From Tubiluchus corallicola (Eukaryota > Animalia > Priapulida): 64,000 nt of DNA. This document shows positions 1 through 12,056 of the stretch, in pieces; positions within the stretch are counted from its first letter, which is position 1; each line of letters opens with the position of its first letter. The position numbers and the translations under genes were made by a program. The DNA lies in the NCBI GenBank assembly GCA_030141605.1, contig JAQGDQ010000041.1:310001-374000 (forward strand), in the 5' to 3' direction. The notes under the pieces were generated by a model. That model searched no databases. It was not told where the DNA came from and was given only the letters and a program-made list of their open reading frames with translations.

Positions 1-479
1 TAAAAAACATCATTTTCATAATACAATTAAAATAATTATGGCTGACCAGGAAGACACCAGACTTACAGGAAAATTGACCCGTCAGCTGTTGCAGTGGGTG
101 GACGTATTTTTTCAGCTCCGCAATTTAAGTGAAATTTATTCGTGTAAAAGTTCGTGAGCTTGATGAAACAAATAGCAGCGTGTTCGGTAATGTGTGCTGT
201 TGTGATGCAGTGGTAGTGATGAGACTTTATAATCTCAAATTATTTTTGAGATATCAATAAAAAACGTATGATAACTATATAGTTTCTTTGTAATACATTT
301 CTATCTGCTAACTGGAAAACTTGTAAGACAACGACACTCGAGTAATTTGTAATCGCTCTATTGTGCAAAACTTGAACCTTTTGTAGCAGTGCAGGTTAGT
401 ATACCTGCTGCGTGATAGCTTGCATTGTGACTTAACAAGTCTTGTCAGTGTTATTTTGCCGAATTTGGAATTTTGCAAA

Positions 480-1376
480 ATGCCTCCTAAAGGGGACAAG
501 AACAAGAAGGCTGAGTCACTCTCACAGCCACCTGAAGAAGGTACAGTAACTCTTGACATGGTATGGTTAAAACTCCAAGGAATTGAAAATAACCAAGAAT
601 CCTCAAGAAAAACATTGGAAAGTAAAATAGACAAGTTGAGGAATGAGCTGAAAGTAGACATTGATAATAAAATATTGGGGGTAAAAAATGACATTGCTAT
701 GGAGTTGAGTCAAGTGCAAAATCAGTGCCAATCAGTCATGCAAGACATTCAGGTCATGAAGGCCAGGCTTGACCAGCTGGAGTTGGCTGATCCACCAGGT
801 GACAGGGCAGGCTTACCTGGCACTGGGCCAAACATGGAACCTGTTAATGACATTGATAAAACAATAGTGGTGTATAATCTACCACAGCCAGCTGATGATG
901 ACCTTACACTGCATGACAACATAGAGGATATGATCCAATGCCTTGGTGACAGTGTTGCAGATCAGGTTACTGTAGTACAATGCAAGAGGCTGAGAGGCAG
1001 AAATCAGAAACCTGGAATAGTGAAAGTTGCATTTCAGAATCTTGAGGAAAAGAAAATGGTATTAAAGGCAAAACTTAAATTGCAGAATACAGACAGATAT
1101 AATGATCTGTGGCTTAGATCTAGTAAAACCCACACAGACAGACTCATCGAGATTAACTTCAAGAAAATACTGACTATAGTCCCAGGTGGAAATGACTACC
1201 GAATTACTGGCAGTGGAAGGATACAGAAGAAAGATGACCAGGCTGGGAACCAGGATGATGATGGAGACAATGATACCAGCAGGCATGATGACGGTGATGC
1301 AGGTGGAGACCGAGGTGGACGTAGAGGTCGAGGCCGAGGCCGAGGTCGTGGCCGAGGTCGTGGAGGACAATATTAG
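480..1376 (+). CDS. LINE ORF1 protein, 298 aa (coiled coil, RRM-like region, acidic stretch, RG/RGG tail)
   Basis: First ATG at 480 (MPPKGDK); the ORF track starts at an upstream TTG (420). Heptad-like segment, IVVYNLPQ...RLRGRNQKPGIVKVAF...KKMVLKAKLKL resembling LINE ORF1 RRM/CTD, ends GRGRGRGRGRGGQY-TAG. Confidence 0.85.
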   Translation: MPPKGDKNKKAESLSQPPEEGTVTLDMVWLKLQGIENNQESSRKTLESKIDKLRNELKVDIDNKILGVKNDIAMELSQVQNQCQSVMQDIQVMKARLDQLELADPPGDRAGLPGTGPNMEPVNDIDKTIVVYNLPQPADDDLTLHDNIEDMIQCLGDSVADQVTVVQCKRLRGRNQKPGIVKVAFQNLEEKKMVLKAKLKLQNTDRYNDLWLRSSKTHTDRLIEINFKKILTIVPGGNDYRITGSGRIQKKDDQAGNQDDDGDNDTSRHDDGDAGGDRGGRRGRGRGRGRGRGRGGQY

Positions 1377-4300
1377 GACAGGCAGCCCACTGCACTAAAT
1401 ATTGTGCAATGGAATATAAATGGATGGTCTGAGCAATCCAGAGAATGTAAGATAGCAATTTTAAGACAGTTTGATGCTGACATTATTTCCATTAATGAAT
1501 CACAGCTGAGTGGAAATGAAGAGATTGATATTGATGGATATCAGTGTTTTCCCTTTAATAGACAGGAAAGAAACATGAATCTCAATAGAACATTTGGTGG
1601 AGTCCAGATAGTAGCTAAATATTCTGTTCTACAGGATTATAATGTGACTACACTGGATAAAACCAAAGATGGCATATTATGTCTTCAGTTTAAGCATAAG
1701 TTTTCTGAATATACATTTATAATCATATCATGCTATCTTCCACCCTCCAACTCTGTTTGGGGGAGAGATGGTTTGTCATTTTATTGTCATTTACTTGAAC
1801 TGGTTTACAGATACTCATATGTTGATGGTCTGTATATAATGGGAGATGTGAACTCTCGTATTGGCGAAGAATTTGACTATATTGTTGATGTTGATTATGA
1901 TTTGCCATACCGAAATGTGCTTGATGGTACAAAAAATCCACATGGTGACCTTCTACTAGAATTTCTTAAAGATGGTAAGCTTTGTGTTGTAAATGGACGA
2001 GTGGAGCCTGAGTATGATAACTTTACCTTTGTAGACCCAGGTCGTGGTAGCTCAGTTGTGGATTATCTTATTGTACCCCATAATAATATTGAGAATGTAA
2101 AAAGGTTCAGAGTACACCTAGCTCGTACACTGTGTACAGATGTTAATATGATGGGTTCTAAGTTCCCTGATCATTCACTTATAGAAATGACAATTGTACC
2201 TAATTATTCTACGGAGGAGTATAATGACAATAATGATGCACATTCTGTAGGTGATGATGATTTGTATGACAATGTGCCAGTTGATGATAAATATTACAGA
2301 AGATATTGTATGACTGATATTTCTGACCAAATGTTCTCATTTGACATGTCTAAACAAGCATTGGCTAATTGTATCCAAAACATACAATCTTTTAGAGATG
2401 GTCAAACTGAAATTGATAATCTTAATAGTGAATTTTGTCAATTGTACTACAGTGAAATGGACAAATGGTTGAGATATAGAGATGTGAATCCCAAAGCTAA
2501 GAAAAGGCTTAGGCACTCAATAAAACCATTTTGGACAGAGGAACTTACAAATCTATGGAAAAGTTTATGTGATGCTGAGAAACAGTATTTATCCCTTCCT
2601 CAGCACAGTAGTGGACGAAAACAGGCTAGGAAGGTATTTATAGACTGTCAACACAAATTTCATCAGATTTATAAAAAGGAAAAAAGGAATTATCAAAGGC
2701 AAAAAATTTGTGATATTGAACAATTAAATGTTGATGATCCCAAGTCCTTTTGGCAAGAGATCAAAAAACTTGGTCCACAAAGTAAGCAAGAGATACCAAT
2801 GGCTGTATATAATGAAGATGGGTCCATTAATGTAAATCATGAAGACGTACTGAATAAATGGAAGCATGAATTTAGTACACTTTTCAGTGGACCTACTGAG
2901 TGTGGCATCTTCAATGATGAATTTTATATAAATGCAATGCAACAGAAAGCAAATTTGGAGTCTCAACTTGATTACTCAAATTCCAACATGTTTTTGAATA
3001 GGGATATCACACAGGAGGATGTAGAAAAAGTTGTGAGGAGGGCCAAAAATAAGAAAGCAGTTGGGTATGACAATCTCCCTAATGAGATTTTAAAGCTAAA
3101 TCAGTCTATTAGTGTGCTCTCTGTTTTATTTAATAAGATATTTAACACTGGAGTTATCCCCTCAGTATGGAAATATGCCATTATAAAACCCATACCCAAA
3201 GGTTCTCTTATAGATCCCAAATTGCCTATGCAATATAGGGGAATTTCTTTGCTCTCCACAGTGTATAAATTGTATACTGGTGTCATTAATGTGAGATTAG
3301 CTGCATACATGGAGGAGAATGGTGTTTACTGCGATGAACAAAATGGCTTTAGGTCAAAAAGATCTTGCACTGATCATATTTATGTGTTAACATCTATACT
3401 GAGAAACAGAATGAGTATGAATAAGAGAGCACATATGCTTGTTTCATCGATGCTGAAAATGCATTTGATCGTGCAGATCGTGATCTCCTGTTGTATAAGT
3501 TGTTATGTCACAATGTGGATGGTAAAATGTATAGCAGCATTAAGAATATTCTTTCAGATACCTATAGTGCTGTGAATCTAAATGGTATCCTCACTGATAA
3601 ATTTAAATGTGAATATGGTGTCAGGCAGGGAGACACTTTGTCACCAACCCTGTTCAGCTTGTATATAAATGATATGGCAGATGATGTAAAGTCCCTAAAT
3701 ATTGGTATTCCTGTTGGTAATGATAAGATTTGTATTTTAATGTATGCTGATGACGTTGTAATTTTAGCAGAATCTGAAGAAGATCTTCAGAAAATATTAG
3801 ATAAGATCACTGAGTGGGGAAAGAAATGGAGAATCAAATTTAACAGTAAAAAGTCAAATGTTGTCCATTTCAGAAAACCCCAAGTGAATCAAACTGATGT
3901 ACTATTTAAACTTAGTGATCAGATTTTGAGCACTGTAGATAGGTATAAGTATCTGGGGATTTATCTTAATGAACATTTAGATTATAAGGTTACAGCACAA
4001 GTACTGGCAGACTCAGCTCTGGGTGCCTTGATTGGTAAATATAAAAAGTTAAATGGGCTGGGTTATTATTCTTTTACTAAGTTATTCAATGCAGGTGTAT
4101 GTCCTATACTTGATTATGGTTCAGAAGTATGGGGATATAACAAGTACCCTAAAATTGATACTGTCGAGAATAAGGCATTAAGAATATTTCTTGGTGTTCA
4201 TAATTTTGCTGCTAATCAATGTATACAGGGTGATATGGGATGGTCACCATCTTCAGTTAGAAGAAAGTCATCTATGATAAGGTATTGGAATCGTCTTTTA

Positions 4301-4906
4301 ACACTTGATAATTCTAGACTTGTTAAGAGAATATTTCTTTGGGACCGTAATACCAACGTTGGTTGGTCATATGAAATTTCTAAAGTCCTAGAGGAAGCAG
4401 GGTTCCAGCAAGCTTTTGTTAATATGGATACTGTACCTCTTAGCAGAGCATGGGCACAGCTGTATGAGAAACACTGTGTTGATTGGAAAGCAAAAAATGC
4501 AGATTACCCTAAACTTAGAACATATATATTGTATAAGAACAGCTTTGGAGTAGAACCATATGTTTATATTAATATGCAAGGAAAATACAGGTCTGTGCTT
4601 GCAAAGCTAAGAAGTGGTACTCTTCCCCTGGAACTGGAGCATGGTAGGTTTAGAAATGTTAAGGTTGGTGAACGTTTGTGTAAGATATGTTGCTGTGGAG
4701 ATGTAGAAGATGAATCTCACTTTATGTTTGTTTGTACACATTATAGACTAGAGAGAGAAGAATTTTTCCAAGATATTAACATGGACCCGGAACAATTAGA
4801 TAATTTAAATAAATGGAAATATATTATGTCAGAAGAGAATGTCCTTAGGACTGCAAAATATGCTTATAAGATTTTTAGAATGAGGCAAAGCAAGATATAT
4901 ATTTAA
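1377..4906 (+). pseudogene. LINE ORF2 (AP endonuclease + reverse transcriptase + zinc knuckle) with one frameshift at ~3424-3428
   Basis: APE motifs QWNING, SINES, YLPP, MGDVN, SVVDY, DHSLI; RT motifs YRGISLLS, EQNGFR, then (frame change) CFIDAENAFD, GVRQGDTLSPTLF, YADD; GDMGW; CKICCCGDVEDESHFMFVC. Track ORFs 1404-3575 and 3491-4906 join if 2 nt are removed from AAGAGAGC. Confidence 0.93.
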
Positions 4907-5149
4907 TACATGACTTGTCCATTCAGGTATATGTTAAAATTCCATATTATATATTTTCTTTTATTTGATATTCTATGTAAATGAACTGCACAGTTATTAT
5001 GTGATAAATTTTCATGAAATTGACTTGTAAGCCCAAGTGGGCTGGAAACAGCTTTAATAACATTTTACAGTATTAATTAACACATGAATTATTACATTGT
5101 TATTATCATATGTTTATGTCAATAAAGATATTCAATCAATCAATATAGG

Positions 5150-5433
5150 TCCACATTCACTAAAATAAATAAAACATTCCAATAATGAAATAAAGTGTAC
5201 AATAGATATTATTTGCCATTATAAAAATATTATAGTATGATTTTCCTTTTATTTTTAAAACACGGTCGCAATTTGACATCAAATGTCAAGTCATTCCATA
5301 AAATAGGGACCTTATAAACGACGAAATTTTTCATAATCCCAGTTCTTATTTTCGGAATATGGTAATCATTGAGCTGCCTAGTGCTGTACATATAAAGCAC
5401 TGTATTGTTTCTTGTAACAACATCATATAACAA
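5150..5433 (-). mobile_element. 3' fragment of a second, older CR1/L2-group LINE
   Basis: Minus ORF 5230-5433 (YSTRQLNDYHIPKIRT...YKVPILWNDLTFDVK...FKNKRKIIL) resembles the C-terminus of CR1/L2-group ORF2 (Y.TR...L..P..RT...G..LWN.LP); followed by AT-rich UTR-like sequence. Confidence 0.6.
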
Positions 5434-5692
5434 CTTTTTACCTGTAATCCTGTATCCAAATGTGCTATGTATCCAAATGTGCTGTGTCCAAATGTCCTAT
5501 GTGTCTAAACGTCCTTGTATCGAATTGTCCTGTGTTCAAATGTCCTTTTGTCGAAATGTCCTATGTGTCGAAATGTTCTGTGTCCAAATGTCCTTGGGTC
5601 GAAATGTCCTATGTGTCCAAATAGCCTCTGTTGAAAATGTTTGTATCGAAATAACCTGTGTCGAAAACCCGTGACGAAAAGGCCTAGCACCG
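5433..5692. repeat. Modular 15-17-bp minisatellite (TGTGTCCAAATGTCC-type); terminus of the foldback-like element family
   Basis: Degenerate tandem units such as tgtgtccaaatgtcc. Reverse complement of 5620-5675 matches 31828-31890. Confidence 0.85.
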
Positions 5693-6824
5693 TCTACTTT
5701 CAGAACTATATAACATTATTATTATAATCAGAATATTCTTTACTTCTGTCGCTACTGTGGCATGATATTATGATTAAACTATAGAATAATTCATTTTAGT
5801 TCAAAGTGACGACTCGTTCGAACTTTACTGATTTATAATTTGTAATTTAAGGAAGTTGAGGCTCTACATGAATGTACAGTGATCGCCATCGATTCATTTA
5901 CATTTCCAAAATGGAGAGTTTTTTCTGCTAATCTCTTAAAATGAAGTGCGTGCTCCTATAACAACAAACATTCAAGTGACGAATCGCAGGCAAATGAGGT
6001 CAATAATAATTAAATCGGATCCGAATTTAGGACCGTTTTTCGTTGGTGTCTTAATTTTTTTTACTCAAATTGTCTTTCTTACATCTATCGTTTTTCACTT
6101 TTCAAGTTTAACCATTCTAACAATTGCTTTACTGTCCCTTTCTTCACTTTCTTTATTTTTACTTTTGTAGCACGAATCTCTTAGTTCAGAGTTTCTGTAT
6201 GACAAATCTTTAAATGACAAACGCGAGCTTATAGATAAATGCCAAATTACGAGTTGCAATCCAATGAATTTTCGGACTAAATGAAACACTGAAAAACTTC
6301 TCACGTACATTAAACAGCAGTCCTGTGCTAACAAAAGCGTTTCTACGCGACCCTAGAAAAGCATGTGATTGACATTTACAGCAAGTGTGTAAAGTCTGTC
6401 ATTTTAGCTTAACCATGGGGAAAATATAAAGGGCACGTAAAAGAAATGTAAAAACACTACGTGGGATATGCACGTGGTCGTATATGCGATTAAAAATTAG
6501 TGACGAAATACAACAGCGCATAGCTGTTGTACAGTTACAGTACAAGATCTTTTGCATTACGAATTGATGCGGGTACTGTAAAACCTTTGATTAACTGAAT
6601 GAGATTAAGCGTATTGACGCTAGGCCTATTGCGTACATAAAAAAATGTTATAACAGTTCTTGAGCACATATTTATTTTGCTCAAAGTTCTGGATCTTGAA
6701 GGAAAATATTATTAAACTGCCCGAATGCCTTTAAAATTCGGCTCACTTTAAAAATATAGTATATAGACACCATTATTTTTAAAGACCACGTCTTAAGTAT
6801 TTCACGTAATAAATTGCTAAGTTG

Positions 6825-7320
6825 TCTGTGACCTCGACCTTGCCAGAGGTGGAAGCACACTATTTACTAGTATGTTGATGTCCACCCGACAGCTAAATTT
6901 GATTTATTTTGATCACTAACTTTCCTTCCACCACGTCATGACATTTTTTAAGACAAGCTGCAGAGTGCGGACAAATTCTAAAGTAAAACGACAATTAATA
7001 TGTGACCTTGACCTTTGATTCTCAAAAACCGAGAAATTTCAGTGTATGTCAGAACAGTGTTTAAATTGCAGCAGCAGACCTATTTAGTTAATTTTTAAAT
7101 AATAGTTTTCTAGGAATGTTGTGGTCAATCTAAATTTCATGATCAATCTGTTACCTTTGACCTTTTGATCATTCACTAATGCTGGACAAATGTGTTCCGG
7201 TATACAGTATGTCACTAGGCAAAAGCACTGCCAAATTTGTGGTTTAAATAATAAGTTTTTGCGTACGAATAGACTAACAACAGATGATGGATAAAAAGAG
7301 AGCAACAGACAGTTGAATGA
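6825..7320. repeat. Degenerate dispersed repeat with TGACCTTGACC motifs (probable non-autonomous DNA/rolling-circle element remnant)
   Basis: gtgacctcgacctt (~6828), gtgaccttgacctttga (~7002), ttacctttgacctttt (~7151); related motifs near 35140 and 35630. Confidence 0.4.
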
Positions 7321-10300
7321 CGTTGACACCGGTAACTGAGGAGTTATTCTACTGTACTATAGTTATTTGATAAGAAGAACGTTTATGGATTAAAATTCGC
7401 AAACAATCTCAGTATTGCAGAAAATTGCGCGTAGGTACGCAACGGTGGCAATGTGCAAAACACACCGATGAATCTGGCAATGTTAGGAAAAACAACGGCA
7501 CTGAATTTTAATTAGTGAGCGTATTTTCAATGAGGTAGATGTAGGGCGTTCTAAGGTCGAGCATTGAAGATCACACCCAAGGCATATAACATCAAACATT
7601 GATTGATCTACTTGCTGAAATACATTAACTATGCATGGATCAATTAATATACGTGGCGAAGAAAGCAGTGCTCAGTATGGCAATTATACACTGAAGATAA
7701 CCGTAAAATGTGGTACGTGTTTATTAACTCTGATGTACACACATTATTGTATCAAATGGTTAATATCACAAGCCGATCATAGTATGATTCACGAAAGACA
7801 ACTTTACTAACGGGTGAATTTAAAAAATTTACAACAGACAATTTAGCCTAGGTAGAGCACTGTAAATAGGTTATGAAACGTCACCCACAACCAAAGTGAC
7901 CCTGACCCATATGCTAGTACAGTCAGCTAAACGCTGAATCTACCAGATATCAATGTCAAGCAATATTGTTCATAAAACCGAGCTTCGCAGATTCGTATGC
8001 ATTTTCAGGGATTTGATTTTTAAACTTTATCGAAATGCCAGACTGACCAAAAAGTAATCTTTCGGAAAAAAGAATATATTTAGGATTATTTATTAAAATC
8101 TGATTTAAGCAAGACTGTGGGATCCTATAGTATACTTTTTTGTGCCCCAGTTGGCCATTTAACTTTCGCAATAGAGTCCCTGATTCACATTTACATGACA
8201 TTCACATCTGCAAAGTGGTGACCTACGTGAATGACTTGGTGACCCATTTCTAGTCTACATTTCCAACTTTGCTTACAGTAGGAACTATATGGTACAACAT
8301 AGCCTATTGTAGTCAAATTGTAATAAATAACAACAAAGTTCAGGACATTACACCAAACTGAAATTGAAACATGATCAAGCAGGTGCACGTAGTCACCAAC
8401 CAAGACCAAATAATACATGTAATAATCGGCAATTTTCGTTAAAACGCAAATTTTCTCGGATTGCTAGAAAAATTGCCTCTTCAACTGCAATAATCAAGTG
8501 CAAATACAAGTTACTGCAGACAGAGCTAGTAAAAATTGAGAACGGAAGCGAGAATTACATTGTAAACAAGGTTAAATGCTGTACATAGCGCAAACTGTTC
8601 AAGTCTAAATTGATAAACTGTTCAGTGAGCATCTATTGCACAAAATATTTTTCAAGATTACCAAGGGAAGCAGACTGGATGCACACAACACTAAGAATAA
8701 GAGATGCAAATACACGGAGAGGGGTTTACTAATGGCTTTGTTGTAGTCTAAAGAAAGAGAGACCGAATGCAAGATACTCGTCAAAAATTTCTAATTACTG
8801 TTAGTAATTGGTAAAAAGCTTAGCTTGCGGCTGTTAGCAATACAGGTACTTTCATGCAACTGAACTTTTCGTGTTTCAATTAACTTACTCAAGATGTGAG
8901 GCAAGCACTAGTGTAATTACTAGGTGAATTATTGCGGTAAATGATAACTTGGCAGTTACGAAACTGGTCATACAAGAAACAGTCTTTGCTGGGCAGATAA
9001 CAACAGAAGTTCAAAGTACAAATATGTATTCAGTTCTGCCTCAGCGAATTGTTAATAATACATAAGTAATTAATTGCAGAGTAATTAATTAAATTAAAAG
9101 GTGGGTGGTCAGCCTAGTAGGCCGAGGTATTGATCGCATGCACAAAACTCTTATTGCTTATTCATTACAAGTAAATGCCCATTAATCAGTTACTTCCCAA
9201 GAAAAGCGAAAAAATAATAAATGGGTCAATAAACAAAGAAACAAAGCAAATGCTTCTAACAATTGTGTGTACTCATAGGCGGCCAGTTACCCAATGAACA
9301 TAATTATTTTGCATACTTGTTGGAATTCACACTTGGTTTCAACTGGCCACAGCTCAAAAAGCACGCTGAACTCTACTGCAACCAAAAATTACCGAACTTA
9401 ACTACATTGTAAAAAGGAAATACAACAGATAAAATGTTGTTCTTTGTACATTACCTTTCTGTACAATTGCAGGTCAAGCTAGTTAAGCAAAATAATTGTT
9501 TTACAAAACTTACCCTGAGCCTTAATGAAATACATGTGATGTGAAACTGCATTGTGCGAATGCTGTTGTCAATAAAAACCTGTCCATGAATTGCAAGTAA
9601 TGCAGGTAACCGAGCACCAACCACCAATTGTTTACTTAATTTATTATCAGAGTATTATACTTGAACATCCGTCAATTTCGGGATTGGTAACGGCGCGTTC
9701 AGACTAGCGAGTATTCTCGCCAAGTAACTCACAGGCGTGATCAGATAAAGAGCAAAGTTGCTGCCAGTTACTCTACGACAGTAAACGCGAGCTGACACTC
9801 ACTTCTCTGTTCTCATACTGAACTGTAACAATACCAACAATATGATAATATTGTGCATACACACCACATATCAATATAGGGTCCGACGAAGAAACCAGAG
9901 TAAGAAACAGACAGTTCAAGTCAGAGTCTACAGATTCTGACGTAGATAAAATTACCCCCAAAACAATCTGTCACATTCGCCACATTTTCATAGAGCTTCC
10001 ACATCTACCACAATGCGCATTGTCTGGCTGACAGCAACAGTTGATAAGTCTTCAAGTTTCTTTAACCATTGTGGTTCCCATGTCAAGTCAGTGGACCTCT
10101 TTCAGCCCCAATGAAATGGTGATGGTAAAGCTAGAACAGTGAGCAAACCTAATAGCATTCTGCCTGATATACCACGTCAGTTGTGCTCCAACAGTACCCC
10201 ATTATTGGGGGAATTGTCTCCATTGACTTTAGGTTCTTTAGTAACTAACATTAATGTGCTAGCTTTGTCATACAGGGGAACAACATGAGATCAGTCAGAT

Positions 10301-11681
10301 GCTCAGCTCTAGTAGTGCTTCTTAGAGATACAAATGCTTCTATTACCGCCTCGTATACGTGGCATATAGGCCAAACCATTTTTCCTCTTTCTGCAAATGC
10401 GAAAGTCTGGTCGCAACCAGTCCAGTAGTGCTATAGCATGTTGACAGAGCTGTAGTTTTTTCAGGCCTTTTGCGGCAATTTTTGAAGTAGGCAACAATCT
10501 TTTTCGGGATTCAGCATATTTTTTTATATCAAATTAATAATATATGCTAAGTTGCCTACATTTAGAAAAATCAAGGTTCCACTTTTCCGAAAATTCGGCT
10601 AGTTCACATTGCAAAAAAATGATTCATTTGTTTCACGCTCTGTAATACGCGAGTTCTATCAAGATTTTGTGTGAAATATTAAAACGTTGTTGCCCTTCTA
10701 CTAAAGTGTCGGGCGGCAAAAAAAGTCAATTGTTAAGTAAGTCATTACAAAAAAGGATAGCACCATCTTCTTGTGAAATTATAGTGTTTTAATTATACTA
10801 CAATAAAATACGTTTCCAATGCTTTAATATATAATTTTTTTGTATGATGAGTATTAAAGTCAGCAACAATGTAAGTTAAAACAACACAAGTTATCTAGCA
10901 AAATTTTGTGGAAGGTTCAGCTTATATATTCCCTCTAATCCAGTTGCGCCTTTGTCTAACAGAAACTTTTTGGCTTAGAGAAACTTATAGTAAATCTGAC
11001 TTTTTCCAACCTTTCCAGGTTGGATCATTGAAAGTCTGCATCAAGAACCACAAGCACAATGCTAAGCAGTCATGATCTCTCTGTTTTACTGTTAATAAAA
11101 CACAAACGTCAAATTGATGTATGCAGCCGATTTGTTCCTCATGTGTTATTCACGTACCCCCTCCCACACTGTCCACACGTGCTACAAACAACAACCTACA
11201 CAATAATTCATTAACTGACTTGCGCACAATCAAGCTGTAATATGGAATACAAAAAGAATGCTGCATAGAATGAATTGCAGTCAAATGTGATACCTAATGA
11301 GGCAAGGTGAAAAATTGTTTTTAACAATTTTCTATCTTCATCATAAACTCTTCACCATGCACCTAAAAATTAGACGCGGCCATACATAACTTCCTAAAAT
11401 TTGCAATGCAGCAATACAGCATGCAGATTGTTCTATAAATGAATGCCCTTCTGCTCTTAAAACAGGTTTGCTTCAGCAGACAGTGCCAGACAACTAAGAC
11501 TGCAAAAAACTAAGTAAGCGGTCAACCGAGTTCAAACTTTCAAAGTCACATCAAAGTGAGTTAGCAATTATTTAACTCTAACTAACTGCAAGTGCAAACA
11601 GGTTTTTGCGCATGTAATTGTGTATCTATAAATCAGACAAGGTTGCAAAGAAATCAAAGTACTTTATAGGCTTTAACTGCA

Positions 11682-12056
11682 TGTAATATTTTTCTGCTAC
11701 GCCACGTTGCCAAATGAAAAACTAGCAATCAATATACTGTAATTGGACATGCATGCATTTGCATTAACATTGTAGTAAGTGTTTATTACTCGTTGAACGT
11801 TCTTTGAAGTTACACAACTGTCCAGTTGTTTTATTTTTTCAGAGAAATTCTCAGGTTATGAATACCTGCGTATTTGCGTATAACCTGCGTATTTTCTGAA
11901 AAAATAAAACAACTGGACTGTTGTATAACTTCAAAGAACGTTCAACGAGTAATAAACACTTACTACAATGTTAATGCAAATGAATGCATGTCCAATTACA
12001 GTAGGTTGATAGCTTGTTTTTCGCTTGGTCACATGGTGTAGCACAAAAATATTACA
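11682..12056. repeat. Long imperfect inverted repeat (arms ~175 bp, ~20-bp loop)
   Basis: 11735-11859 is the near-exact reverse complement of 11880-12003; outer ~50 bp align with more mismatches. Confidence 0.95.

Larger units (their letters stand above)
480..5144 (+). mobile_element. Near full-length APE-type non-LTR retrotransposon (LINE), CR1/L2 group; 5' UTR probably extends upstream of 480
   Basis: Two-ORF layout: ORF1 480-1376; ORF2 region 1377-4906 with APE, RT (QGDTLSP, YADD, YKYLG) and a C-terminal C-x2-C...H-x4-C motif. AT-rich 3' UTR ends AATAAAG followed by a short (TCAA)n tail at ~5132-5144. No target-site duplication identified. Confidence 0.95.

Noticed and set aside
1377-1430. 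2A-like ribosome-skipping peptide at the ORF2 N-terminus, known from some CR1/L2 elements
   Set aside because: No D(V/I)ExNPGP motif present.
308-3310. Antisense and alternate-frame ORFs over the LINE
   Set aside because: Shadows of ORF1/ORF2 with no independent motifs.
9773-10100. Minus-strand ORF with ESVDSDLNCLFLTL..ILICGVY, faintly like a LINE endonuclease
   Set aside because: Too degenerate to support without a profile search.
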